Assembly (NCBI GenBank): GCA_002633005.1
Contig: NMRA01000154.1
Location: 383,210-447,209 of the forward strand
Direction: 5' to 3'
DNA length: 64,000 bases
DNA from: Phoronis australis
Taxonomy: Eukaryota > Animalia > Phoronida
This document shows positions 1 to 12,300 of the stretch, in pieces. Position 1 is the stretch's first letter. Every line of letters starts with the position of its first letter. The notes beneath the pieces were generated by a model, which did no database searches, had not been told where the DNA came from, and saw nothing but the letters and a program-made list of their open reading frames with translations. The translations under genes were made by a program, and so were the position numbers.

Positions 1-2424
1 GATTTGACGTTTTTCAATTGTTGTCAACGTGATTCAGCTTAATAAAGTGATACCTAATTATTTATTGTCGCTTTTAATAATAGACTATGAGTTGAGAGCA
101 CCATCGTTCGCCAGTTTTTCTCGTAACGAGACAGAACACATGTTTATTTCCGGACTAACAGTACAGGTGTTCGTTCTTAAACAACTTGAGGCTGCTGTTA
201 CGCGATCATCTGATATTCAAGTTTTTACGCCCCGTCGGTGCTCCTTAATTATGCTCTTGAATATTTGGAAATTGTCTAAACCCCTGTATACACACCACAC
301 CTTTTCGTATGCGACTTTTCGTATGCTAAAAAGGGTGTGTGTAAGCAGATGTTCCAACAAGAATTTTTGCTGGTGGCGTGACTCATACCCAGATGTGCAC
401 AATATGGTTTCACGAAACTTATGTGCCAAGTTCATGTGACGAAATCGAGAAGGGTTTTTAATTAGCTTAAGAAAAACTCCAGAGACATGTTAAGTGCCAG
501 AAACTTACCAGGGTGCATGGAATTTCACTATTTGGCTACAAAAACAAAAAAAAATATCTTACATGGGAGCTTAGTTTTTGTGTACTAATGTGGCAGAGAC
601 GAATACGACTTCAATTTTTTACAAAAATACCTTACGTTTTGCGAGTTTATTTGTCACAGAAACCAAACGAACAAACTAATCGAAAATTCCGAACAGCGTT
701 TTTGAGGTAATTGATGAAGTTTTCATTTAAAAAAGGTTTCGTTAAAATCGACCGAGGGGTTACTTTGCTATGAATGTACCTTTCTTAAAAATGAAATTTT
801 TACTTAAAAAGGTTTTTACGTAAAAATAATAATGACAAATAAATACAAAAAGTATATTTATATTTCCTGGTCTTTGTTCTTTCAGAAAATATTTACTTTT
901 ACTAGTTGACAAAGCTTAGTTTTTTGATATAAGTGTTAGAATGGAGGCCACTAAATAAGGTTTGACATAACCTATAAGGAGGGGCATAGTATGGCAAGAT
1001 TATAGACAAGTTTAAGGCTGTAAAAATCCCATTTCTTATCCCTTTTCAAAATTCAAAAACCTTATCACGTGCAATTTTCAGGAATTTCAAAACAAAAAGT
1101 TAAAATATTGTTGTCACCCCCAGTGAGTTTATGATGGGAGTGATTATCTAAAGAACGATAACAACAGCAACCTGTGGCAATGTAAGTAACTACATGTACA
1201 ACTGCATGGTGTCTTTGAACAATGCTGACAAATAATTTGGAGATACGCCAATACCTGTGAAAGTGTTGAATAACTTTTATTTAAAAGTAAATCCATAAGA
1301 ATTTTCAGTTTGTAAAATATGCAAGTTGATACATGTACACTGAACCGTTAAATCATATTAAAAGTTCGTCTGAAACAATCCATCCGGGAATATGAAATTT
1401 GAAACATTAACTGAACAGTTGTGCAGCAGTGTGTAGTTTTGGCTTCGATGAATTTCATTGGTTTTCTTGGTCTATTTTCGTGTCTTAGCTTCTGCAATGG
1501 CAATAGTAATAGAACTATTCCCCCTTATTGACTCCAGCACAAGAAAGGAATGGTGGAAACTGCTGATTCGCTGAACTTAAGGTAAGGACTGTATCGCAAA
1601 AAGCAGATGTTACTCTACCAGTGAGGTAGCCTTCGTGCAAAGCTATGTACTAAATATATTTTGACGATAGTCTTCTCATTCAGCTAGCTGGCTGGCTACC
1701 AGGGAGGGAGAGACGATTGTGTCAGCAAAAAACACGTACTCGATATTAGGTCGCAATTTCCTGTAAAAATCTTAGTTCACATTGCAACCATAACGAAATG
1801 TTTTCTTTTGATCTGAATTAAATTTTTCGCTGATTATGTTGGATACGGCAATTGACCTATTTATGATGACCCAGAAACTAGCGAGGCCTAAAAATAGCCG
1901 CCTGATCACTGCGCGTCGGAATTTTCATCGGTAAATCTTTACTGCTTTTATAGCAGTAAAACTGCTTTTTCAGGGACGATGCCTTGGATCAATGTTTTAG
2001 GTAACCCAAATGAGCAAGCCTAATCCAATTTGCTTTTTTCCATGCGAATTCACTCTACCAGGAGCCTGTACATCAACCGTGAAATACAGCCTCTACTGTT
2101 ATATACGGATTGGATCTACTTTCATATATTTCATGCGCACACCCATCCTAAAAATGGGGGCTCGAATTTTTGAGAATGTGCACCTTTTACTAAAATTCAT
2201 GGGGAAGGTTCAGAGCAATGAATTGCCCATTCACCGAATTTAGGTAGTCCCTGCCTTTTTAGTAGACCTTTGTCTCGTTTTCCACCTTTTTTCTGAGTTT
2301 TGTTTCTCTGAGGTGTACCTGTTTTGCTCTCTTCACCAAATGGGGGGTGCGCGCATGTATTTAATAGCGTACTTCAATGCGTATTCCATGGCCGTATTGA
2401 CACATATACATGTATGGGACAAGT

Positions 2425-2476
2425 GTATATATAAATATACATGTAAATATATAAGTATAAATATATAAATAAGTAA

Positions 2477-2507
<31 letters not shown>

Positions 2508-2565
2508 GATATAGATATATATATAGATATATATATAGATATATACACTGTACATATACATATAT
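2425..2565. repeat. (TA)n/(TAGATA)n microsatellite
   Basis: Directly visible; it produces the spurious YIYI ORFs. Confidence 0.95.
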
Positions 2566-3038
2566 GACACAGAAAGTAAGAGAAAAGACATCTTGGCAGT
2601 AAAGCAATGTCGTGTACTGAAATGAAGCGCCCCCATCGTCAATCGTCGTCATCACACTCAGGCTCGAAAAAAGGTTCAATATATTGTAGCACACAGACAA
2701 ATTTAACGTAACTTTAATTAAAATCGCCGCGGTTACCACCAGTTTTCTCAAATCCCCTCCCACACATTTTGTCAACTCTGTCTGTCCCTCTGTATATTGG
2801 CTATTTGCCATCCACCCCTGATACTGGCCCTCATTGGAAGCACACAACCTCCTGAGGACACGGTAATCATTCTAGAGGCATTTGCTTTGTCTACCATGCC
2901 CGTTTCTACTCCTTTGCTGCAGTAGTTATCAACAAATCCTTTATATTACATACCCTCACTCGCCTTGTTACTATCAGCAAGTATTATTCTCACAACCAGA
3001 ATATCGTGTTTATCAACTTCCGGCCATCATTTCCTCAC

Positions 3039-3317
3039 CTATTAAACCGCATTGAAATTCCAGGTGGACTGTTCCGTAACTGTGACGTAGAGTTGTTACG
3101 TCGAGATCGCTGTCTGCATAGCTTGAGCTCCTGAACACGCATCTGGATTGATGCGCGACGTAGTCCGCGGACGCACAGGGAGTTTGGGCTTCACATAAGA
3201 TAGCACAGTCGTATTCACTGAAGACCGTGTTAGAAGAGCCAATGTCACCTTCGAACAAAATCACGTTTTCTAGAGAGACGACTTGGAATTCGTGGAATAC
3301 AGATTGGTTGCAAGCAC
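3039..3317 (-). CDS. Exon, PAN/Apple domain
   Basis: DCAILCEAQTPCASADYVAHQSRCVF...HLEFQC; paralogous to the 10458-10739 exon; ttacag acceptor. Confidence 0.8.
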
Positions 3318-6300
3318 CTGTAAAATAAAGCGATTTGATGAATCCAAATGTGAAATTCAAGTAAATCTCAAGATAGAAGTATTTAACAATTGGGAAGTCG
3401 GCTTCCTCTCCTGATTCTTTTGTCAAATTCCTGAGGTCCGTTTTATCAATATAAAAGCTTCAGTGAAAGGCGATCGTAGGCCCCCGATATATAGCGAATG
3501 CAACACCGTGTTATTTACAGTATAGGCACGAAGCAAATTCCAGTTAAGATAAATTTGACTGTGGGTTTGTAAAATAACATCGTCACAAACCCTCTTGAGA
3601 TACATGCACAACGGTTTTTGTTACGTCTGGGCGTACATTGTACGTGTACGACTTGTCATAAAAGGGGTCCAGGAACCTCAAAACTTAACTTCAGGTCGTC
3701 ATAATACATCAAAGGCAAAAAAATACTAGACTGCAATATACAAAGAAAGCTAGAAAGGACAATCAGTGACAAAAACTCTGGCTTTTCCTTCGGCTTCTGT
3801 CACAGTGGAAGTGTGCGCTACCACAGAAGGCATGATCTCAGCCGTTCCCAGCAGTGCGTGCCCATACAAAAAGTAGCACAAAACAGACAGCCGATCGATC
3901 ACGAGGCATGGCCTGTTTGGCAACACTTTCGTTACATATGCGTAGGAAGCAATAATTTTTGCCAATTTAAAATAACCCTCTCCGAAATGGTGTGTTTTGG
4001 TGGACGTATGGTGATAAAATGCTTACATTTGAATATCAGTTGCCAAATCCAGAGAGGCAGCGAATACATGTAGAAGCTCCGGTGCCCCTTTCTAACAACA
4101 CGAGATTAGGCAGTGTACGGGGGACTACGGAACCGTAACATTTCAAAGTTTAATAGTTAAAAGTATGACTTTAATAAAGTGAAGCTTTCTCAAACTGGGG
4201 CGGACCCAGGATTTTGAGTTGGTTGGCCTGGGCAGAGAAACAGCCAGACATTCACACCCCCGAACTGCCAAATGGAATCTGGGAGGATTAGCCCCCCCAC
4301 CCGTTAAATCCGACACTGCTGAAGTGGATCTTATGTCTCATTTGAACCCTCGAAATTACGCGAATCTCGTAATCAAAGTTTCCATTACGATGTTACATCG
4401 GTAGTTGCTTCTTACATTACGTTTATATCCATTTAAACATAATTTGGGCAGTGAAACTCAGAGTGTAACTCTTAGAGCAATTATTCTCTAAAGCTCGAAG
4501 TTATACCCTCAACGCGCAACCGCGTGTCACCATGGGTGGCGCAGCACTGAAAAAAGTGGGGGCTATAGCCTCCTCAGCACCCCTGTGGTGCACAGCCTAT
4601 AGACCATGCGTGGCCCAGCACTGAAAAATGGAATGGGGACGAGGGGGCATGGAACTGGGGGTGTTCCGAGTCACCACAATGAATAACAAAGCAACAAACC
4701 TCGCCAATGTCATCGCAACGCGTTGTGTTGGCTATGATTATTGATATCATGCGCCAAACAACGTGTTTTAACACCCTTTACTCCGATATTGGCAAGTGGG
4801 AAAATGATATAGCAATTGATGTGATGTTTACTCGACTGATTGTGATACGTGAAGTGAGTGTTGGCGGGACAGAAACATTCCTCCTCCTGGTGGGTTGATA
4901 AGTCAGAGACACAGTCGGCGCCGCCGTTCGCAGGGGCTGGGTTGTTGCACAGTTTGGAACGCCACCTTGAACTACACGGTAGACATTGCTGCTGCCACGG
5001 TCCGTAGTATGTTGACCAACCTCCGTTCACTGAAGAAATGAACCACTCATTCTATATTTGCTACGTGACATGCACTTGACAGTAACTGGTGACTAGCCTG
5101 AAGTTGTTTTCAAAACCAATTCTTAATCTCTTGCAAAATGAACCAAGTTTACGTATTTGTTTAATTATGCTCTAGTTTGGCAAGCTAATAACTGTCAATC
5201 AACAAGCTCTACTTGTATTATCACAACATTAATCATCACGAAAAAACGTCAAATAACCAGTGCAACGGATCTCACTACTTGTTTAACATTTTCCAGGAGC
5301 ATTCGATAATTACCAATCGTCCCAGATCCGTATTCACATATGAATCCCTTTTCCTCATCACAATGGAGTGGTATCCACTCAAAGACGTCAATTACGGCAC
5401 AAGTGGCTTTATATTCCTCACTCTCGTTGGAGGTCCAAGGGTTCCACGCGAGACTGGCGCCATTTTCCCACTTCCAGTCTCTGCCCTTGTCCGTGTCGTT
5501 GTCTCGTATACCGACAAACCGCTTGACTTCCGTTACCGTCGGACTTTTGTAATTGTGAATGCTGAAAGTTCAAATTCAACAACCAAAGTGGTTTTTTGGT
5601 GATTTTTAATGATTTGCAGACAACTTTGCAGAGTTAAAGGTGGAAGTTCTTCATTTGTGACTCTATAAGTGGAGCTCTGAGGCTTTGCATAATATGTATC
5701 AGATAATGAAACGACCTCAGAAATGAAAAGCGTTGCTTGTTGAAATGTCATTTTAGAAGAAAAATCCTAGTATTCAGCCGAGTTGCAAGATATAATGTTT
5801 CTTTATTTCAAATTTCTTGTAGATTTCAAAAGACCGTACATTTTGTATAAAAGGTCCTTCCTTCCAACTGCAGCCTAAACAAAATGTGGTCGGACTTACT
5901 TTGGTTTGTACTAACACGTAATTTTTGTTTTACATACTGAATTAGAAGGAAATGTCCATTAGATAGACTATTACACGTACCTTCAAATTTTTGGTGACGG
6001 ACCATAAAATGTCCACAAATTGAACGAAAGTAAATTCTGCTTTTTATAAATTTCAACAATTGATAAGAAAAATGATTATTTCGAAGATTTTTATTTTTGC
6101 TTTTGGCGGTACACCTAATGATAGCAGGGAAATAAATTATGCCATTTAAAATTTGATGGCAAAAATACTATTTTGGTGCAATTTTAAACTGACACTAATT
6201 GTGCAAATTACATTTTGCGAAAATAGAAGACTACATTTTAGTGCAATTTTTCGTTTCATAAACGGTAGCCTGAGGTCTGAAAAACCACTTCAGATGAACG

Positions 6301-9300
6301 CAGCCCTACTGTAGTTGAATTCAAGTTATCGAAACCACAAAATCCTCAAAGTCAAACTGAAATAACAAGAAAATTGGAGTGTTTTGCATCGCCTGGTGTA
6401 ATTACGACGTTTGTTGGGAATATTGTTGATATGATTCGTCAAATGTGCTGAGTATGTCGTTGAGATGATATGTTTCGTCAGTTCTACAGAGGATGTTGTC
6501 CAGTTGATATGGTTCGTCAGTTATACACAGGATGTCGTCTAGGCGAATGATTCGTAATGTTTAAACAACTCCAATACCCAGATCTATTTGCCAACTGCTG
6601 ATTTTAAAAATGCCAGATTCACTATTTGTAATTAAGTCGCAGCAAGCCTTGCATTTCCTCGATGCGCCTTTTTTCAAAGAACAAATTAAAAATTAAAGTG
6701 CTAAACGGTGTCGAATGAAGATTTGTTGATTCTTCATGTATATCGACAACGGAGACACGCTGTTAGGTGTCAAAACTCCGTTTTGTCTTCCGTTATATCC
6801 GTGCGTGCGTTCAGTAGACGCTAGGACCTACGCTAGGACCTAGCTAAAACCTAGTCAAAGTCACGTGTTCGTATTTACAATGCACGGCAATATCTCACGT
6901 AATCTCGCGAAGTCTTGCTTTTTAGCGAGGTCCAAGCGTTACTGAACGGGAGGCTGATGCTCGCCAATCAAAGACGCTAATCCAGATAGCTGAACAAGCA
7001 CAAAATCCTAGAAAGACAACAAATGTGTGTGCCAGGTAACAGTCTCACTTTTACGCAAAGCTCCCCAAGAAGTTTTACCTGTTTTAACGTAGACCGAAAT
7101 GGTACCAAAATGACTTAGCCCTGTTTCATAAAATTTTTTCAAAACCAATTTCAAGAAAGAACGATGAGACCGAAGGTTAATCTACTACGCAGTAGGCTTA
7201 AGTTTGGAATTCTGCGAATTTGACAAAAGGTGGCGAAAGTGTANGTGAGCCAAACTTTGATAAGTTTATTGTGGACTTGTCTAAAGTGTTGGAGCTATTT
7301 AGAAGGTGCCAGGTGTGTGGGGCGAGGGAGTCACTCGACACGGTGTAAGCAGTTTGGGTGCTCAGGTCACCATCCATTGGGAGTGTGTCGCGGGACACTC
7401 TGGCAAGTGGGACAGTTGTTCCTCTGTCCGTGGTATGCCAGAGGTCCACTTAACCACGTCCAGTAGTGGCTTGGCCTCGTCGAACTCTGAACAGCACAAG
7501 CATTCCATTGAGGTAGGCATAACAACGCACACAGTGCATTTGCACCAAGAGGTGTCACCACGTCTGTCTTCAGTAGCCGCCTCGTTTCTCTCAACACCTG
7601 CCTGTGCCTGTGCGTACTCTGCCTCGTTATACTCGGGCTCAAACATGTACCCACCCACTGAATGTCCGTTAAAAAATTCCTCGTCACCACTGCAGTGAAC
7701 AAGGTCTCCGTCACTCACACTACTGTCACTGTGATACGGGTCCCCAACTCCAGCCATTTTCAGGCTTACAACACACTAAACAATCCCTAAATCCAACGTA
7801 GTTGAGTTCTGTACTAACCTATCTTGCCGCAGAATACTCGCCGATGGAAAGTGGTGGCGACAATTGTTGAAAGAGACCACAAAACAAAAGTAGAATATAA
7901 CAGATTCGCACGGTAAAGTCAACGCAAAACCAAGTGGCGGGAAACGCTTGCCTCCTAAAACGTCACTTCCGGAGTAGCGGACGAGCAATTTATAAATTTA
8001 CGAAAAGCTGTAATTAAGTGGAAAATATGTCTAGGATAACCAACCAACCTTATTTTAGCTCAAAATGACATGGAAAAAGGTTGCCTTCGCCTTTAAGATC
8101 TAATACCAAAGTTTGACTTCGTGTTCATGGTACGGTTTCTTCTCAATTTTTGTGTTTGTTCTTAACATACCCCGAGTTTTGGTCTTAACTTAGACTAATT
8201 TTAGTCTTAAGCATGCGCACAGCCGGGGGGAGCTTGAATGAGCCTATTCGAGCCCCCCCTCCCTTATTTGGGGAAGTGGCCAAAAGGTCCGCTTCAGAGA
8301 AACAAAAACGCCGAAAAAAGGAGAAACGAGCCCAAAGTACGCTAAAAAGATTAGGAACTACCAAATTTCTGCAAATGCACAATTCATAGCTCTGAACGTA
8401 TCCCATAAAAGGTCCACAATCTCAAAAAATTCGAGCATCCATTTTTAGGCTGTATGCGCGCAATTTTCGTAAAACGGGCCCCTGTTCACTTCTGTTAAAT
8501 TGAGTTTTCACTACTGAGAAGTCTCCCGTCGTGGAAATTAGATAACCACGTCTACTTATTCTTCTGTCAAGTCCACAAATCAATCGATATGCATTTCCCC
8601 ACAATTTTAGCGGACGTGTCGACAAATTCAGCACCGGGAAATCGTGCGCTCACTTCAGAATGAGTTCTGACACTGCGTCAAACTCCTGGTAGCTCGTTAT
8701 GTAGGTCAGGTGACTAGATCGTTGACTACAATACTGTTTAGCGTTGACCTGTGTCATCACAAAAGATTCGGGGGACACAAAGTAGCAGCCGCCGTCACTT
8801 GCTGGTTGAAAATGTGGTGGACAGGCTGAAATGAGACGTACTGTATGAGAACTGAAATCAGTGTCGGATTTGGGGGGCAAGGGGGCCATGGCGAAAAAAG
8901 CACTACTCCGAAGGTCCACTAGTTCGAAAAAACACTATTACAAAGAAACCCACACCTCCTCCAAGTATGAGCGCAATTGTTTCATTTTATAACATTAATA
9001 CGATACATGTATAGATCTTTAGGCCAAACGAGCTTCAAAGAAGATACGGTGCAGATGTAGTTAACTATAAAGACAATATAAAAGGCAGACACTGCCGTTG
9101 GACTTCATTGTGCAAATTTTATTTTTCAGTGTGTGGAAATTTTGATACTAAGTAACAAATTAATAACCATTAGTGAAATTGGGAGAAAATTTATGAAGGT
9201 GGGGTAAGAAAAAAATCAGTTGTAGGCCTTCGGCGAAGTGTTATTCGAAGTAGTGGGCTTTGGAAGTAGTAGGCTTTGGGATCAGTGACCTGTTAAACTA

Positions 9301-12300
9301 TGGAAAAATGGGATCCACTCAACAGAGTGCGTGACAGTCAGATAATGATGCTCAGATTACTGGTAGGAATGTGCACCCATTAATGAAATGTCATTGCGAC
9401 TGCGTGGTTTTTCAAAGACCCAGTATGCAGCAGGTGGTCCTAATGAAGATTAAATCTCATTCAGTTTGTTATGTGAATTATTTGAAAGCAGAAACCTGGG
9501 TTGCGCTCCGTATATCCTGCAACTTTGGCTTGATTTAGCCAGAAACGTTATCAATTACAAGTTCAAGGCATTCTCTCATTGGCTCTGGTAAACACTATTG
9601 CATCAGTACAGCCCGCATATTTTTGATTTCGGGATACCCCTTAATTCCCTAAAAATAAACATCATGTTCGTCAACAAAAGATTAACTCGGGCATGCACAG
9701 TGGCGTCCACCCCATATTAATGGTGTCATGGCGTTCACTTTTTAGGAGCACTTTAGTGACATGGTGGAGCTGGGAAGGACCGTACAAATTGCGGCGGTAC
9801 CACGCTAGGATGCAGTTCGATGCCCTTATACCAGTGAAACTTTCTGAAAGTGAATGGTTGAACGGCGTGGCTGTAAAGTTTACTTATCGGGTTAAAGCAT
9901 TACTTTCATGCACCTTTGTACTTAAGATTCGAACACAAGCTGTATTAGCATTTGAGTCTAGCGAAGAACTGTGACATGGCTCTTGATTGGTTAATCCCAA
10001 GAGGTCAGATAGATGTACTTTTAACATAGTGACTTGTGAAGTGCATGTTTCCTATCGTAACTGTGGTAAAATGAGGCCTAATACAGGTGATAAACGCTGG
10101 GATGACAGTTGAGTTCACCTTATTGTGTCTAACATTTCACTCAAGCTAAAACATTTATCTCGTGTTGTTCAAACAGGAAAACTTAGCATAAAAGAAAGAA
10201 ACGGGAGTTAAATGAAAAAAAATCGAGAGGTGTGAGAAATAGTTTGAAATTGTTAAATACGCCTTCAAATCAGGTCGTATCCTAGCAGAGAAAATGATTG
10301 TCTCGTTTACAAGAAGTCAATCAACCTCAAAATGTTAATAGAGTGTTGGTTCCAGACACACCTTGTGCCATTGTTTAATTATCGCCATCTCGACAATTTG
10401 GGTTTTTCTAGTACTGAGGTAATTAGGATTAACGAACTAGTAGTTAGCGACTCTCACCTGACTTCCCTATGTCTGAGCATTGGTATTCTACGTGTAGTTT
10501 GGTGGCATTAGCCTTGTAAATCAACGAAACGTCCACTCTCGATAGCCAATTTTGATCCAGCATCGCACAATAAGATGTTGCCGCGTCGTAGTCGACAGAC
10601 GCGCACGAGATATCCTTAATGCATAGACTTAAACACGACTTCCAGCTGTTGGCCGTGGCTAAACTAACTTGCACACTCCCCGCCAATTCGCGCCGTGTTT
10701 GGAAGTACACTTGCAGTTGTTGTCCAGGCTCACAGAGGTCTTAAATTGAATAAGAACAATATAACGATGTAGATATAGATATTCATGTGATCAATCTCGT
10801 ATAGAAGATACAGTAAAAGCATGGGAAGCTAGGCAAAAATGCAATGTGGAAATTGTGGGCTATAGAGAGATTCGACTGCACGCGAAGGCGTGAGTAACCT
10901 TAGGAAAAAAAGGTTCGCCCTGCCGATTCCGTTACATGTATGCCCAGTTACGTTGTGACGCTGTAGTCAACAAGAAAATAACAGATTTGGGTTTGACGTT
11001 CTTGGAAGATGACGTCAATTGTTAGTGGTAAGCTAATCCGCACATACAAATACACAAAACATACCGAGAGTGGCGTAGATGAAATGATATCCCACGAGAC
11101 ATTATTCTGCGTATTATTAGCGACATGACCGTCACGGATTTGAATTTGTCGTTGAGTTTAAAAATGTTGAGCTGAGAGACGCAATTATTAGTTTACGATG
11201 GCGTGTTATGTCTCTGCATTGAAAATCTCAACCAAAAACTGGAGGGAAGGCAGCGCTTTATGTGTATATATACATGTATAACCTGACGTCACAGTGGCAA
11301 TGATGAGCGCACCCTGACGGTAAATGCTTTCCTTCTGACCAATGCGGGGCTGAGTTCTCTACACTGCAACATGTCAGCTGGAACATGCCGAAATTTCTTC
11401 AATTATAGTACGGAAATAATGAATCCAACCCTGTAATTCAACACTCCAATCTCGCGGATCAATCAATTCAGTGGCCGTTCCTTTGCTAGGATAGGCTAGT
11501 ACGCACATACACGTACTAGCATACTCTCGAAGCACTAGTTTTTCACACGTGTGATTTCAGTAACGTCGACTCTCGAAACCTCCCTTTTCTCACAAGAAAC
11601 TAAGTCCGTGGAATGCTCACCGGGAGCGCGTTCCATAGATAATTTATAGAAGTAAGATCGCTCAAGACAACGTAAAATCAATGTCACTACATTGCGATTA
11701 TGCTCGAAAAATTGCTAGAGTGCCCTATCAAAATGGCGGCCACTCAACTGATTGAACGGTGATACCGACCTGTTGCATTGAGGGATATAATTCCACGTTT
11801 CCATTCCGTAAGTACCGTAAATGCTCTGCGAATGCCCCAGCCTACGGAACTCAGTATTGCTACAAACATTTTAAGTCTTGTCAGCACGACGCCATCCGAG
11901 ACTGACTTATTCCGACACTTACATGTGGTGCTGCTAGGTTGAGAAAGGTTGCAGTGGTAGAAGTAGGTGGTTCACGGGGTGACACCGCGTGCGTAGTTTG
12001 CTGAATACTCATGACAACTAGTTTCATGTTTCGCTCCCCTCGCTGCATATAAGGGCAAGACGCTGTGATAGTGTTTGTTTTTGTCTAAGTAGAAGTTGCT
12101 CACCGGAACTTAAATACACTGCCTTCCTGTACACGCTACAGCATGTGTTGACCAACGTCGAGGCGAGCCATACGTCGGACGTAAAAATCAAACATCTGTG
12201 TGCAATGAAGTTCCACTCCACTCCAAAGCACGATGCATTCCTCTCGCAGGCTTTATAGCAAGATCTCACGTTGTCGGAAGGCTCCACTGAATTCTGCTCC

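Noticed and set aside
1690-1760. Candidate further exon of the mosaic gene (tttttacag acceptor; GNCDLISSTCFLL...)
   Set aside because: It stops after ~21 codons with no recognisable domain and cannot be supported without transcripts.
2333-2642. ORFs rich in YIYIYI
   Set aside because: Translation artefacts of the (TA)n microsatellite.
6425-6558. Regularly spaced repeats resembling a CRISPR array (also 12650-12788)
   Set aside because: The whole unit repeats with no unique spacers, there are no cas genes, and the context is eukaryotic; these are minisatellites.
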